DNA from: Xanthobacteraceae bacterium
GTDB lineage: Bacteria > Pseudomonadota > Alphaproteobacteria > Rhizobiales > Xanthobacteraceae
Length of the DNA: 64,000 nt
Assembly: GCA_049285335.1 (NCBI GenBank)
Contig: JBAPZR010000639.1
Coordinates: 12,386-76,385, forward strand
Reading direction: 5' to 3'
The position numbers and the translations under genes are program-made. The notes under the pieces are model-generated. The model was given only the letters and a program-made list of their open reading frames with translations, ran no database searches and was not told the DNA's origin. Positions 19,768-30,740 of the stretch are shown in pieces. The first letter of the stretch is position 1. The number at the start of each line of letters is the position of its first letter.

Positions 19768-22635
19768 ATGATTGGCGCTGTCGCGCGCAAGCTGTTTGGC
19801 TCCTCAAATGACCGTCGCATCCGGTCCTATCGGCCACGCGTCGAAGAAATCAACACGCTGGAACCAGAGCTCGCGGCGCTTTCCGACGAGGCGTTGCGGG
19901 CGCGCACCGACGAATTCAAGAAACTGCTCGCCGAAGGCCAGACCCTCGATGACATTCTCGTGCCGGCTTTCGCCACCGTCCGCGAGGCCGCCAAGCGCAC
20001 GCTTGGGCAGCGGCATTTCGACGTTCAGCTGATCGGCGGCATGGTCCTGCATGAGGGCAAAATCTCCGAGATGAAGACCGGCGAAGGCAAGACGCTGGTC
20101 GCCACGCTTCCGGTCTATCTCAACGCGCTTGCCGGCCGCGGCGTGCATGTGGTCACGGTCAACGATTATCTCGCCAAGCGTGACGCCGAATGGATGGGCC
20201 AGATCTATAAATTTCTGGGGCTCACCGTCGGCGTGATCGTGCACGGCCTCGAGGACGACGAGCGCAAGAAGCAATACGACTGCGACGTCACCTACGGCAC
20301 CAATAACGAGCTCGGCTTCGACTATCTGCGCGACAACATGAAGTACCGGCTCGAGGATATGGTGCAGCGCGGACACATCTACGCCATCGTCGACGAAGTG
20401 GACTCGATCCTGATCGACGAGGCCCGCACGCCGCTGATCATTTCGGGGCCGCTCGACGATCGCTCCGAGTTCTACAATACCATCGACGCCTACATTCCGC
20501 GCCTGGACAAGGACGACTACGAGCTCGACGAGAAGCAGCGCACCGTCAATCTCACCGAGATCGGCATGGAGAAGATGGAGACCTTGCTGCGCGACGCCGG
20601 GGAGCTCAAGTCGGATTCGCTCTATGACGTCGAGAACGTCTCGGTCGTTCACCACGTCAATCAGGCGCTGCGCGCGCACACGCTGTTCGCCCGCGACAAG
20701 GACTATATCGTCCGCAACGGCGAGGTCGTGATCATCGACGAATTCACCGGCCGCATGATGCCGGGCCGGCGCTACTCCGAAGGGCTGCACCAGGCGCTCG
20801 AGGCCAAGGAGCATCAGGCGATCCAGCCGGAAAACCAGACGCTCGCCTCGGTCACCTTCCAGAACTATTTCCGCATGTACGAAAAGCTCGCCGGCATGAC
20901 CGGCACCGCGGCGACCGAGGCCGATGAGTTCCACGACATCTACAATTTGGAAGTCCTGGAAATTCCGACCAACATGCCGATGATCCGTCTTGACGACGAC
21001 GACGAGGTCTATCGGACCTCGGCGGAGAAATTCCGCGCTATCTTGGCCCTGATCGAGGATTGCAAGTCGCGCGGGCAGCCAGTCTTGGTCGGCACCACCT
21101 CGATCGAAAAATCCGAGCAGCTTGCCGAAATGCTGCGCAAACAGGGCTGGGAGCAGCACGACTTCGCCGATCCCAACGCATTCGCGGCGCTCTATTCGGG
21201 CGACGAGGGCGCCTCCAAAGCAAAAGTGTTCGCCATCCTCAACGCGCGCTATCACGAGCAGGAAGCCTATATCGTCGCCCAGGCCGGCGTTCCCGGCGCG
21301 ATTACGATTGCGACCAACATGGCGGGCCGCGGTACCGACATCCAACTTGGCGGCAATGCCGACATGCGTATCCGCCAGGAATTGGCCGATATCGCCGATC
21401 CGCGCGAGCGCGAGAACAGCGACCGCGCAGCTACGATCCGCGCGCAAGTCGCCCGGCTGAAGGAAAAAGCGCTAGTCGCCGGCGGTCTTTACGTCCTCGG
21501 CACTGAACGCCACGAAAGCCGCCGCATCGACAATCAATTGCGCGGCCGTTCCGGACGCCAGGGCGATCCGGGCCACTCGAAATTCTTCTTGTCGCTCGAA
21601 GACGACCTGATGCGCATTTTCGGCACCGACAAGCTCGACGGCATGCTGCAACGGCTCGGCTTGAAGGAAAACGAGGCGATCATTCATCCCTGGATCAACA
21701 AGGCGCTGGAAAAGGCGCAGCAGAAGGTCGAAGCGCGCAATTTCGACATCCGCAAGAACATTCTGAAATTCGACAACGTGATGAACGATCAGCGCAAGGT
21801 GATCTTCGATCAGCGCGTCGAATGGATGGAGGATCAGGCGGTAGGCGAAGTGGTCGGCGACATGCGGCATACCGTGATCGACGATCTGGTCGCCAAGCAT
21901 ATTCCGGAAAACGCCTATCCCGAGCAATGGGATTCGATCGGTTTGCGCGAGGAAATCAAGCGTGTGTTGAACCTCGACCTTGCGACCGACGAATGGGCCA
22001 AGGAAGAAGGCATTGCCGACGAGGAAATCTTCAGCCGCGTCGAACGTCGCGCCGATGAGCACATGGCGGCGAAGGCCGCCCAGTGGGGTCCCGACGTCAT
22101 CCGCTACATCGAGAAGTCGATCCTGCTGCAGACGCTGGATCACCTCTGGCGCGAGCACCTGGTCATGCTCGATCACTTGCGGCAGGTCATCGGTTTTCGC
22201 GGCTACGGTCAGCGCGACCCGTTAAACGAATACAAGGCGGAATCCTTCAGCCTGTTCGAGACCATGAGTCAAAGCCTGCGCGAAGCGGTGACGGCGCAAT
22301 TGATGCGCGTGGAAATCCAGGCGGCGCCGCCGCAAGAGCCTACGGCGCTGCCGGCGATGGCTGCGCATAAGATCGATCCGACGACGGGCGAGGACGAGAT
22401 GGCCCTGGCGCTAGCCGGCGCCGAAACACTGGCCCGTCATGGCATTGGATCCGGCGGCGCGGCAGTGGGTGGCGCGGTGGGCGCGGGCTCGCCGCAGGGC
22501 GCGGCTCTGCTGCGTCAGCGGGCGCCAGCCCGCAATCCGCAAGATCCGCAGAGTTGGGGAAAAGTCGGCCGCAACGAATCGTGTCCGTGCGGTTCAGGCA
22601 AGAAATTCAAGCATTGTCACGGACGATACGTTTAG
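19768..22635 (+). CDS. secA: Preprotein translocase ATPase SecA
   Basis: 955 aa with [29 protein letters not shown] and the C-terminal zinc motif [14 protein letters not shown]. Confidence 0.97.
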   Translation: MIGAVARKLFGSSNDRRIRSYRPRVEEINTLEPELAALSDEALRARTDEFKKLLAEGQTLDDILVPAFATVREAAKRTLGQRHFDVQLIGGMVLHEGKISEMKTGEGKTLVATLPVYLNALAGRGVHVVTVNDYLAKRDAEWMGQIYKFLGLTVGVIVHGLEDDERKKQYDCDVTYGTNNELGFDYLRDNMKYRLEDMVQRGHIYAIVDEVDSILIDEARTPLIISGPLDDRSEFYNTIDAYIPRLDKDDYELDEKQRTVNLTEIGMEKMETLLRDAGELKSDSLYDVENVSVVHHVNQALRAHTLFARDKDYIVRNGEVVIIDEFTGRMMPGRRYSEGLHQALEAKEHQAIQPENQTLASVTFQNYFRMYEKLAGMTGTAATEADEFHDIYNLEVLEIPTNMPMIRLDDDDEVYRTSAEKFRAILALIEDCKSRGQPVLVGTTSIEKSEQLAEMLRKQGWEQHDFADPNAFAALYSGDEGASKAKVFAILNARYHEQEAYIVAQAGVPGAITIATNMAGRGTDIQLGGNADMRIRQELADIADPRERENSDRAATIRAQVARLKEKALVAGGLYVLGTERHESRRIDNQLRGRSGRQGDPGHSKFFLSLEDDLMRIFGTDKLDGMLQRLGLKENEAIIHPWINKALEKAQQKVEARNFDIRKNILKFDNVMNDQRKVIFDQRVEWMEDQAVGEVVGDMRHTVIDDLVAKHIPENAYPEQWDSIGLREEIKRVLNLDLATDEWAKEEGIADEEIFSRVERRADEHMAAKAAQWGPDVIRYIEKSILLQTLDHLWREHLVMLDHLRQVIGFRGYGQRDPLNEYKAESFSLFETMSQSLREAVTAQLMRVEIQAAPPQEPTALPAMAAHKIDPTTGEDEMALALAGAETLARHGIGSGGAAVGGAVGAGSPQGAALLRQRAPARNPQDPQSWGKVGRNESCPCGSGKKFKHCHGRYV

Positions 22636-22659
22636 CCGCAATCAGCGAACGTCAATCAA

Positions 22660-22700
22660 CGATCAGAAAACAGGCATCAGAAACCTGATCGCTGTTTTTT
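22660..22700. terminator. Probable bidirectional terminator between the convergent secA and L,D-transpeptidase genes
   Basis: Outer stem AAAACAG/CTGTTTT and inner stem ATCAG/CTGAT, with T-runs on both strands. Confidence 0.5.
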
Positions 22701-22718
22701 GACTTCCGTTCCCTCTGA

Positions 22719-24287
22719 TTACTGCAGCCCCGCCCATCGGCCATCGAAGGAGCCGCTTGGAACGACCGCCTGCGCGCCCTTCATCAGGCTGCCGGTGGCG
22801 GGTGGCGCATAAGCGTTGGCTTCTTGCGAAGGTTTGGCTGGAGTCTTCGCCGCTGCGGCGGCTGCGGTCTCCGGCTTCTGCGCCTCAGGATGCTCGATCT
22901 TCGCCACTTCGCTCTTCGCCGCTTCGATCTTCGGCGCCTCTGTCTTGCGCGGCTCCGGCGCCGGACGTAGGCCCGCAAGGATGACGCCTGGGGCCGCCGG
23001 TTGCTGGGTGGTCGTGTCCTTCGGCTTGAACAGCTTGGCAAAGAAGCCTTCCGAGGAGCCGCTATCGGTGGCCGCGACTTGATTGCTCTGGGACGTGGTC
23101 TTGGCGTCGAACAAGCTGCCAAACATTGCAGGCTTTTGCGCGCTGGATGCGGTCTTGACAATACCAGCCTCAGGATCCTCGCGCGGTCCACTGAGCGTCG
23201 GCGCGGACATGCCGGGATGGATCGGCGGCGCATGCAGCCGGCCATCATTGTCAAGAACCGGATTTGTCTCTGCGAGCCTGGGCGCGAAGACGCGGTTCAT
23301 TCCGCCGTCGGTGCCCATGACGACCGGCGCTGTGGGTACGTTTTCCTTCGTCAACTGGGCGACTTGATAATCGTCGTTGCGCTGCTTCTGCAATGCCGGG
23401 CCGGCGATCTCCTGAGGGACTTCATAAGCCGGACAGTGGCCGGTCGGGCTGAACGCTAGCGGCTTGGTCGAATTCGCCGGCGGTTGCGCATCGAACACGT
23501 AATGGCGATCGCAGACGTCGACCTTCGGCTCCTGATGCGTCACTTCGAAATGGTCGTTGCCCTCTTTGAGCATCGTCCAAAACGCCATGTTCGGATTGGT
23601 GCGGTGCCGGGCGAGATTCGCGGGCGTCAGGCGGAACGGATAAGCCTGGATTTGGAATTCCTTTTGGCCGCCGAGGAAAGCTTCACGCGCCAAGGAATAG
23701 ATCTCGCCGATCTGCTCGTCGGTCATGGCGTAACAGCCGCGCGACGAACAATCGCCGTGGATCATGAGGAATCCGCCGGAGTAGCCGTTCGCTTTGTCAT
23801 AAGCGTTGGGGAAACCGATATTGATGGCGAGGAAGTAACTGGAATTGGGATTCATCAGACCGGGCGTGATCGAATAGAATCCTTCCGGCGCTTGGCGGTC
23901 GCCCTCGACTTTCTTCGGGCCGAGCTCGCCGGACCAGCGGCAAATCGGATAGACCTTGAGCAATTGGTATGCCCCGGTGGTGTCTTCTTTCCAAACCTCC
24001 AATTCCGATTCCTCTTTGAACAGGCGAACGAGGATCGGCGAATCCTTCGGCATATTTTTCTGCTGCAGCAGGGTCAGCATTTCCGGCGAGAGCTCTTTCA
24101 TCGCCTGGGTCGGCAGCTGATAGCCTTCGTCGCCGTAACAGCCGGCAAGCGCCAAAGCGCCGGCCAACGCCGCGCAAGTGACGAGCGAGCGCGCCGTCAC
24201 AGGCGTGCGCCAACGCATCGCGCGCAACGCAAACGCGCGGGCAAAGCGGGCGCGGATCAAGGCGAGATTCCCCGACAGATGAACCAT
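22719..24287 (-). CDS. L,D-transpeptidase (YkuD-like) lipoprotein with low-complexity C-terminal tail
   Basis: Catalytic motif MIHGDCSSRGCYAMTD. Lipobox LALAGC. The likely true start is near 24218. The tail is rich in A/P/K/E. Confidence 0.85.
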   Translation of the reverse strand: MVHLSGNLALIRARFARAFALRAMRWRTPVTARSLVTCAALAGALALAGCYGDEGYQLPTQAMKELSPEMLTLLQQKNMPKDSPILVRLFKEESELEVWKEDTTGAYQLLKVYPICRWSGELGPKKVEGDRQAPEGFYSITPGLMNPNSSYFLAINIGFPNAYDKANGYSGGFLMIHGDCSSRGCYAMTDEQIGEIYSLAREAFLGGQKEFQIQAYPFRLTPANLARHRTNPNMAFWTMLKEGNDHFEVTHQEPKVDVCDRHYVFDAQPPANSTKPLAFSPTGHCPAYEVPQEIAGPALQKQRNDDYQVAQLTKENVPTAPVVMGTDGGMNRVFAPRLAETNPVLDNDGRLHAPPIHPGMSAPTLSGPREDPEAGIVKTASSAQKPAMFGSLFDAKTTSQSNQVAATDSGSSEGFFAKLFKPKDTTTQQPAAPGVILAGLRPAPEPRKTEAPKIEAAKSEVAKIEHPEAQKPETAAAAAAKTPAKPSQEANAYAPPATGSLMKGAQAVVPSGSFDGRWAGLQ

Positions 24288-24506
24288 CCCCGTGCCGTTA
24301 CAGCGTAATCGTTACTCACAAGCGCCGGTTTCCGCAAGACAATCCCCACCGGCGCCCCCGCCAAACATGCTGCCGTAAAACAAAAAATAAATGAGCAGAA
24401 AATTTGATCACGAATCCAAAGCATTAGCTAACAGCGGCGCGTGGAGGAATCGAGGCGAGATTGTGGCAACCGCGGCCGGCCGCGGTCTTATTGCGTCGCC
24501 AGTCGA

Positions 24507-25463
24507 CTATCCCAGCGTCCGACCGAGCGCCGTGAATTTCTCCCGCCGCAGCCGTGTGATGGTTGCGCGATCGAGTCCCCGCAACTCGACGAGCGCCTCC
24601 GCGATTGCTTCGCCGGTCGCTTCAATAGCAGTGGCTGGTTCGCGATGCGCCCCTCCGGTTGGCTCGGCCACGATCGTGTCGATGACGCCGAACCGCGCCA
24701 AATCCTGTGCAGTGATCTTCATGTTGGAGGCCGCGTCTTCCGCCCGTGTGGTGTCCCGCCACAAAATCGAAGCGGCTCCCTCGGGAGAAATGACACTGTA
24801 GATAGCGTGCTCCAGCATCAGCACGCGGTTGGCGGTGGCGATGGCGATCGCCCCTCCGGAGCCGCCCTCGCCGATGATCGCGGCGACATTCGGCACGCCG
24901 ATGCCGAGACACGCCTCGGTGGAGCGGGCGATCGCCTCCGCTTGACCGCGTTCCTCCGCGCCGATGCCCGGATAAGCGCCCGCGGTGTCGATTAGCGCCA
25001 CGACCGGAATGTCAAAATGATCGGCCATGGTCATCAGCCGCGCGGCCTTGCGATAGCCTTCCGGCCGGGCCATGCCGAAATTGTGCTTGAGCCGACTGTC
25101 GGTATCCGATCCCTTTTCATGACCGATGACGCAGATGCTCTCGCCACGGAAGCGGCCGAAGCCGCCGACGATCGCTTCATCCTCGCCGTGCTTGCGGTCG
25201 CCGGCGAGCGGCACGAAATCGGCGATCAACGCCGCAATGTAGTCGAGGCAATGCGGCCGTTGCGGGTGGCGCGCCACTTGCGTTTTCTGCCACGGCGTCA
25301 ATTCGCTGTAGAGCTCCTTGAGCGCTTGCGCGGCCTTGCCTTCGATGCGGTTGATCTCTTCGCCGATTGCAATGGAATCGCCGTCGGTTTGCAGCGCGCG
25401 CAATTCCTCGATCTTGGCCTCTAGCTCGGCCACCGGCTTTTCGAAATCCAGATAGCTACGCAT
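24507..25463 (-). CDS. accA: Acetyl-CoA carboxylase carboxyltransferase alpha subunit
   Basis: [22 protein letters not shown] and [15 protein letters not shown] motif ([11 protein letters not shown]). The upstream GTG at 25481 is an alternative start. Confidence 0.95.
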   Translation of the reverse strand: MRSYLDFEKPVAELEAKIEELRALQTDGDSIAIGEEINRIEGKAAQALKELYSELTPWQKTQVARHPQRPHCLDYIAALIADFVPLAGDRKHGEDEAIVGGFGRFRGESICVIGHEKGSDTDSRLKHNFGMARPEGYRKAARLMTMADHFDIPVVALIDTAGAYPGIGAEERGQAEAIARSTEACLGIGVPNVAAIIGEGGSGGAIAIATANRVLMLEHAIYSVISPEGAASILWRDTTRAEDAASNMKITAQDLARFGVIDTIVAEPTGGAHREPATAIEATGEAIAEALVELRGLDRATITRLRREKFTALGRTLG

Positions 25464-25509
25464 CACGCGGGCAATTTGCACCAGGAGAATTGTTGAGGCG
25501 ACACTTATT

Positions 25510-26463
25510 TTATCCCTGCGCCAGCGGGTGCAGGTCGCGCACCACGCTTTTCAGGCGTTCCTCGAGGACGTGGGTGTAGATTTGCGTCGTTGAAATATCG
25601 GCGTGGCCAAGGAGCGTCTGCACCACCCGCAGATCGGCGCCGTTGTGCAAAAGATGGCTGGCGAAGGCGTGGCGCAGCACATGCGGGCTGACCTGCTCGG
25701 CGCGCAGCCCCGCGGCGCTTGCAAGGGTTTTGAGTTCGCGCGCCAGGTGCTGCCGCGTGAGATGCCCGCTTTCGCCGAACGACGGGAACAGCCATTTCGA
25801 TCGCGCGTCGCGCTCGGACAGCGCAAGAAGCGCAAGATAGTTGGCCGTTGCGTGTTTGGCGGCGTCGTTGAGCGGCACCATGCGTTCTTTGCTGCCCTTG
25901 CCGCGCACCACGATGACGCGCGCATCACGGCGCGCCGCCGAGATCGGAAGCGCGACCAGTTCGGAGACGCGCAATCCGGTGGCGTAAAGCATCTCGACCA
26001 GGCAGGCGAGCCGCGCCACGCGCAAGCGCACTGGCAATGGGGCGGCCGGATCGCTTTGCCCGGCGATCCGCAGCAGGTGATCGACCTCGGCAAGCGTGAG
26101 CGTCTTCGGCAAAGTCCGCTCGCGTTTGGGACCTTCGAGCACGGCAGCGGGATCGTCGGCGCGGTGGCCTTCCGCATAGAGAAAGCGGTAGAGCTGGCGA
26201 ATCGCGGAGAGCCGCCTTGCCACCGTCGCGACACGCAAGCCGCGCCGAGAGAGTTCTCCGAGATAGGCGCGCAGATCGGCGGTACGCGCTTTGGCGATGG
26301 AGCGCCGCGCGGCTTTGAGGGAATTGGACAGATCTTCGAGATCACGGCCATAGGCCGCAAGCGTGTTGTCTCCGGCGCCGCGCTCCGCCGCCAGCATGTC
26401 GAGATAGAGGCCGATGAGCCTCTCGTCCGAATTTTGCACCGAACGGACCGTTGCGCGAGCCAT
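25510..26463 (-). CDS. xerD: Site-specific tyrosine recombinase XerD
   Basis: 317 aa with [27 protein letters not shown] and [16 protein letters not shown] (R-H-R-Y catalytic pattern). The track ORF to 27414 is a spurious extension. Confidence 0.9.
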   Translation of the reverse strand: MARATVRSVQNSDERLIGLYLDMLAAERGAGDNTLAAYGRDLEDLSNSLKAARRSIAKARTADLRAYLGELSRRGLRVATVARRLSAIRQLYRFLYAEGHRADDPAAVLEGPKRERTLPKTLTLAEVDHLLRIAGQSDPAAPLPVRLRVARLACLVEMLYATGLRVSELVALPISAARRDARVIVVRGKGSKERMVPLNDAAKHATANYLALLALSERDARSKWLFPSFGESGHLTRQHLARELKTLASAAGLRAEQVSPHVLRHAFASHLLHNGADLRVVQTLLGHADISTTQIYTHVLEERLKSVVRDLHPLAQG

Positions 26464-26471
26464 GACCGTTC

Positions 26472-26621
26472 TCAACGCTCCTTGAAGAACTTCTCCGGCG
26501 GAATCGAGACTGATATTTCGCGAGACTTGGGCTGCACGAAATGCGCAAGCGCATAGAGTCCGCCGTAAACGGCGGCGCACAGAATCGCAACGACTGTCAG
26601 TAACCGGACCAGGCTCGGCAT
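26472..26621 (-). CDS. Small (49 aa) single-TM protein upstream of xerD
   Basis: Not in the ORF track (<60 aa). MPSLVRLLTVVAILCAAVYGGLYALAHFVQPKSREISVSIPPEKFFKER. Stops 8 nt before the xerD start. Confidence 0.4.
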   Translation of the reverse strand: MPSLVRLLTVVAILCAAVYGGLYALAHFVQPKSREISVSIPPEKFFKER

Positions 26622-26778
26622 CGCCCGCGCTTATCCCCATTGGTGCCGGTGGACGGGACCGAGTACGATCATGTTCGGGCCGCACTGGCAAGTGATCATC
26701 GGGGTGGCTCGCAGACGGCAGCCGCACAAAGATCGGACGGCGGCGGCTCGCGTCATGATGCTTTCTCCAAGGAACTAA

Positions 26779-27393
26779 ATGATTGATATTATTGATGAAA
26801 ATAGCGCAGTCGGTGGGATATCCGAGGCCGAAATCGTTCCCAATCTGGGGCGCCGCTCGATCGTGCTTATCGGCATGATGGGCGTGGGCAAGTCGTCCAT
26901 CGGCCGGCGGCTTGGTGCGCGATTGAGCATCCCCTTCATCGATGCCGATGGCGAGATCGAAAAGGCCGCCGGCATGAGCATCGCGGATATTTTCGCACGC
27001 CACGGCGAAGCCGCGTTCCGCAGCGGCGAATCGCGAGTCATCGCGCGCCTGCTCGATAGCGGCCCGCAGGTTCTGGCGACCGGCGGCGGCGCGGTCATGA
27101 ATCCGGAGACGCGAGCGCTCATCAAAGATAAAGGCGTTTCGATCTGGCTGTCGGCGGAATTGGATCTGCTGATGCGGCGGATCAGCAAGCGCAAGGCGGA
27201 ACGTCCGATGCTGCACGCCGCCGATCCGGCCGCGACCCTGCGCGAGCTTTTGGCCGAGCGGGAGCCGCTCTATGCGCAGGCCGACCTCACGGTGCAGTCC
27301 CGCGAAGTGCCGCATGACGCAGTCGTGGCCGAAATCGTCGGCGCGCTGATCGCTTTTCTCGCTTCGCCCTCGCTGCAAGGTGACGTTGGATGA
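26779..27393 (+). CDS. aroK: Shikimate kinase
   Basis: Walker A IGMMGVGKSSIGRRL, then ATGGGAV. Confidence 0.9.
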   Translation: MIDIIDENSAVGGISEAEIVPNLGRRSIVLIGMMGVGKSSIGRRLGARLSIPFIDADGEIEKAAGMSIADIFARHGEAAFRSGESRVIARLLDSGPQVLATGGGAVMNPETRALIKDKGVSIWLSAELDLLMRRISKRKAERPMLHAADPAATLRELLAEREPLYAQADLTVQSREVPHDAVVAEIVGALIAFLASPSLQGDVG

Positions 27394-28532
27394 CCGCTCC
27401 CGTGCGCGATACATCGGCCGTCGTTGCCGTGTCGCTCGGGGCGCGCAGCTACGATATCGTGATCGGGCGCGGCGTTCTCGGCTCGCTCGGAACGTCGATC
27501 GCCGCGCTGCGCCCCGGGGCGAAGACCTTCGTGATCACCGACGCCAACGTGGCGCCTCATACACTGGCCGCGGCCGAAGCCGCGTTTGCGCGCGCCGGGC
27601 TCGCGACGCGGCATATGATTGTAGCGCCCGGCGAGGCGTCCAAGAGTTATCCGGTTTTCGAGCAAGTCTGCGAGGCGATCCTCAAGGCGCGGATCGAGCG
27701 CGACGATCTGATTGTCGCGCTTGGCGGCGGGGTGATCGGCGACCTCGCCGGCTTCGCCGCCGCCGTGGTGCGGCGTGGGCTCGATTACGTGCAAGTGCCG
27801 ACGACGCTGTTGGCGCAAGTCGATTCCTCGGTTGGTGGCAAGACCGCAATCGATTCCAGCCAAGGCAAAAATTTGATCGGCGCTTTCCACCAGCCCATCC
27901 TGGTTCTCGCCGACACCGCGCTTCTTGATACGCTGCCGCCGCGGGAATTCCGCGCCGGCTATGCGGAGCTCGTCAAATACGGCCTCCTCGGCGACGCCGC
28001 GTTTTTTGATTGGCTCGAGACCAACTGGCGCGACGTGTTTGCCGGCAACGCCGCCGGCAGCTTTGCGCGCGAGCACGCCGTTGCGGTGGCGTGCCGCGCC
28101 AAAGCCGCGATCGTCGGCCGCGACGAACGCGACATCGGCGAGCGCGCTCTTCTTAATCTCGGCCACACGTTCGGACATGCGCTCGAAGCGGCTTGCGGGT
28201 TTTCCGATCGGCTTCTGCACGGCGAGGCGATCGCCGTCGGCATGGCGCTGGCGTTCGATTTTTCGGCGCGCCGCGGGCTGCTGCCGGCGGCTGACGCCGA
28301 ACGCGTCAAGCGCCATTTGGCGGCAGTGGGCTTGCCGACGCGGCTTTCCGATATTTCCGGGCCGCTACCCAGCGTTGACCAGATGATGGAATTGATCGCG
28401 CAGGACAAGAAAGTCAAACGCGGAATGCTTACATTCGTACTGGTGCGCGCTATCGGCTCCGCCTTCGTTGAATCCGGCGTTGCGGAGTGCGAGGTGCGCG
28501 CGTTTCTCAGCGAGAAGCTTGCCGGGAAATGA
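27390..28532 (+). CDS. aroB: 3-dehydroquinate synthase
   Basis: LGGGVIGDLAGFAAA, PTTLLAQVDSSVGGKTAI, NLGHTFGHALE. ATGA overlap with aroK. Confidence 0.95.
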   Translation: MTAPVRDTSAVVAVSLGARSYDIVIGRGVLGSLGTSIAALRPGAKTFVITDANVAPHTLAAAEAAFARAGLATRHMIVAPGEASKSYPVFEQVCEAILKARIERDDLIVALGGGVIGDLAGFAAAVVRRGLDYVQVPTTLLAQVDSSVGGKTAIDSSQGKNLIGAFHQPILVLADTALLDTLPPREFRAGYAELVKYGLLGDAAFFDWLETNWRDVFAGNAAGSFAREHAVAVACRAKAAIVGRDERDIGERALLNLGHTFGHALEAACGFSDRLLHGEAIAVGMALAFDFSARRGLLPAADAERVKRHLAAVGLPTRLSDISGPLPSVDQMMELIAQDKKVKRGMLTFVLVRAIGSAFVESGVAECEVRAFLSEKLAGK

Positions 28533-29818
28533 ATATTGTCGATTGGCTGACCGTGCTTGCGGTCGTTTTGTGTCTCTTGGTCTCGGCGTTTTATTCCGCC
28601 AGCGAGACCGCGCTGTCTGCAGCCTCGCGGGCGGCGATGATGCGGCTCGAAAAACAGGGCAATCGAGACGCCGGCATCGTCAACCGGCTGATGGCGACGC
28701 GCGATCGGCTCTTGGGCGTGGTTCTGTTCGCCAACAATTTCACCAACATCGCCGCGTCGACCATGGCGACTGGCCTGCTGCTTGTGCATTTCGGCGGCGC
28801 CGGGGTCATCTACGCGACGTTTGTAATGACGCTCCTGATCTTCATTCTCGCAGAGGTTTTGCCGAAGACCGCGGCGTTCAATACCCCGGACCGCATTGCG
28901 CTCGTGGTGGCGCAGCCGATCGAGCGTACGGTGCGATTGCTCTCGCCGCTTCTGCGCGGCGTCGAATGGCTGGTGCGGTGGATATTGAGGGGCCTCGGCA
29001 TGCCGGTCGGCAAAATCCAATCGATCCTGTCGCCGGATGAGGAGCTGCGCGGCGCGGTCGACCTCATGCATCATGCCGGCGTCGTGGAGAAACACGACCG
29101 CGACATGATGGGTGGGTTACTTGATCTGCGCGCACTCACGGTTTCGGATGTGATGGTTCACCGCACCAAGATGGTGATGCTGGATGCCGACGAACCGCCG
29201 CGCGAATTAGTCGACGCGGTGATCGCCGCGGGCGTCACGCGTTTTCCCTTGTGGCGCAATTCTCCCGATAACGTGATCGGCATGCTCAACGCGAAGGAAG
29301 TCTGGCGCGCGCTTCAGGCTGCCGGCGGCGATATCGACCAGATCGACATTGTCGGCTTGGCAAAGCCGCCTTGGTTCGTACCCGACACGACGCCAGTTGC
29401 CGAACAGCTCAAGGCATTTCGCCACCGCAAAACGCCGTTTGCTCTCGTCGTCGACGAATATGGCGAGCTTGAGGGACTGGTGACGCTTGAGGATATCGTC
29501 GAGGAAATCGTCGGCGACATTACCGACGAGCACGATATTGCGGTGCCGGGCGTGCGACCGCTGCCGGACGGCTCGGTCAATGTCGACGGCAGTGTACCGA
29601 TCCGCGATCTCAACCGGGTGATGGATTGGAGCATCCCGGATGACGAAGCCACTACGATCGCGGGCATCGTCATTCACGAAGCACGGTCGATCCCCGAGCC
29701 GGGGCAGAGCTTCACCTTTCACGGCTTCCGCTTTCAGGTTCTGCGCAAGACGCGCAACCGCATCACGGCCTTGCGGGTCGCCCCGCTCGCGCGCAAGCTG
29801 ACGGCAAAGGCAAGCTGA
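28529..29818 (+). CDS. HlyC/CorC (CNNM) family transporter: DUF21, CBS pair and CorC_HlyC domains
   Basis: N-terminal TM domain (SASETALSAAS), CBS region, C-terminal TIAGIVIHE...FRFQVL. ATG at 28529 overlaps the aroB stop. Confidence 0.9.
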   Translation: MNIVDWLTVLAVVLCLLVSAFYSASETALSAASRAAMMRLEKQGNRDAGIVNRLMATRDRLLGVVLFANNFTNIAASTMATGLLLVHFGGAGVIYATFVMTLLIFILAEVLPKTAAFNTPDRIALVVAQPIERTVRLLSPLLRGVEWLVRWILRGLGMPVGKIQSILSPDEELRGAVDLMHHAGVVEKHDRDMMGGLLDLRALTVSDVMVHRTKMVMLDADEPPRELVDAVIAAGVTRFPLWRNSPDNVIGMLNAKEVWRALQAAGGDIDQIDIVGLAKPPWFVPDTTPVAEQLKAFRHRKTPFALVVDEYGELEGLVTLEDIVEEIVGDITDEHDIAVPGVRPLPDGSVNVDGSVPIRDLNRVMDWSIPDDEATTIAGIVIHEARSIPEPGQSFTFHGFRFQVLRKTRNRITALRVAPLARKLTAKAS

Positions 29819-30340
29819 ATGAGCGACAGATCGATCGATCCCGGCGTCCGTATCGGGCATGTGCATCTGAAGGTCGCAAATATCGATCGGGCGCTCGCGT
29901 TCTATTGCGGCGTGCTCGGCTTCCAGCTGATGCAGCGCAGAGGGCCGGATGTCGCCTTCATTTCGGCCGGCGGCTACCATCATCACATCGGGCTCAACAC
30001 TTGGGAGAGCCGCGGGGGGTCGCCGCCGGCGCCGGGCACGACCGGGCTCTATCACTTGGCGGTGCTTTATCCGACGCGCGCCGCCCTCGCCGATGCCTTG
30101 CGGCGCCTGATCGCGGCTGGCATTACGCTCGAGGGGGCGTCCGATCACGGCGTCAGCGAAGCGCTCTATCTGCGCGATCCGGACGATAACGGCGTCGAGC
30201 TTTATCGCGATCGGCCGCGCGAAGAATGGCCGCGCACCGCCGACGGCGCGCTCGCGATGTTCACCAAGCCGCTCGATTTGAGGGGGCTACTTGCCGAGCA
30301 CGAAAAGTCGGTCGAGCCGGCGGTCGAATTGGAGCGCTAG
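29819..30340 (+). CDS. VOC family protein (glyoxalase/dioxygenase fold)
   Basis: IGHVHLKVANIDRALAFYCGVLGF...HHIGLN...SEALYLRDPDDNGVELY. Confidence 0.85.
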   Translation: MSDRSIDPGVRIGHVHLKVANIDRALAFYCGVLGFQLMQRRGPDVAFISAGGYHHHIGLNTWESRGGSPPAPGTTGLYHLAVLYPTRAALADALRRLIAAGITLEGASDHGVSEALYLRDPDDNGVELYRDRPREEWPRTADGALAMFTKPLDLRGLLAEHEKSVEPAVELER

Positions 30341-30613
30341 TTAGGAGCCTTCCTCCGGCGCCGCGGCGTGAATGGCAAGCGCATGGACGCGGCCTTTTAA
30401 TTCGTTGACGAGCGCCGCGTTAATCATACGGTGGCGCTCGAGACGGCTCTTCCCGCGGAACGCGCTCGATACAATATAAAGCCTGAAATGGGTCTCGCCT
30501 CCGGGTCGGTGTCCGGCATGTCCTTCGTGGAGATGCGACTCATCTTCGACATGCAGACTCTCCGGTGCGAAAGCCGCCAACAGCTTCGTCGTGATGATAT
30601 CCTGCATTCCCAT
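30341..30613 (-). CDS. BolA family protein
   Basis: LHVEDESHLHEGHAG...HFRLYIVSSAFRGKSRLERHRMI. Start moved to the ATG at 30613 (30607 is also possible). Confidence 0.85.
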   Translation of the reverse strand: MGMQDIITTKLLAAFAPESLHVEDESHLHEGHAGHRPGGETHFRLYIVSSAFRGKSRLERHRMINAALVNELKGRVHALAIHAAAPEEGS

Positions 30614-30740
30614 TGTTTCTGTCCTGCGAACGACATGAGTCCGGGTGCAATGACAATAAAACGTTATAGTCGTCACTGCGATGCGCTGATTTGCTCTCTG
30701 TCAAGTCTTGAACCGTGGCGCGCTGCGCCCGCATAATCCG

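Noticed and set aside
19804-21447. 547-aa ORF antisense to secA. Similar long antisense ORFs lie opposite cobS (31476..32726), cobT (32485..33444), aroB/corC (27270..29095), ypfJ (51184..51954), DUF3108 (35059..35955), the tad genes (58430..59606, 59735..60706) and others.
   Set aside because: Their composition is Arg/Ala/Gly/Pro-rich and motif-free, typical of shadow ORFs in high-GC DNA. In every case the opposite strand encodes a protein with clear family motifs.
25510-27414. 634-aa ORF fusing xerD to a long upstream region. Likewise 6909..8477 (livM extension), 34476..35117 (rpmB extension), 4258..4416 (Ldh2 extension) and 18393..19478 (PPIase extension).
   Set aside because: The N-terminal extensions are low-complexity, overlap neighbouring genes, and lack similarity to the protein family. 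Internal starts with an RBS or 4-nt coupling give canonical protein lengths.
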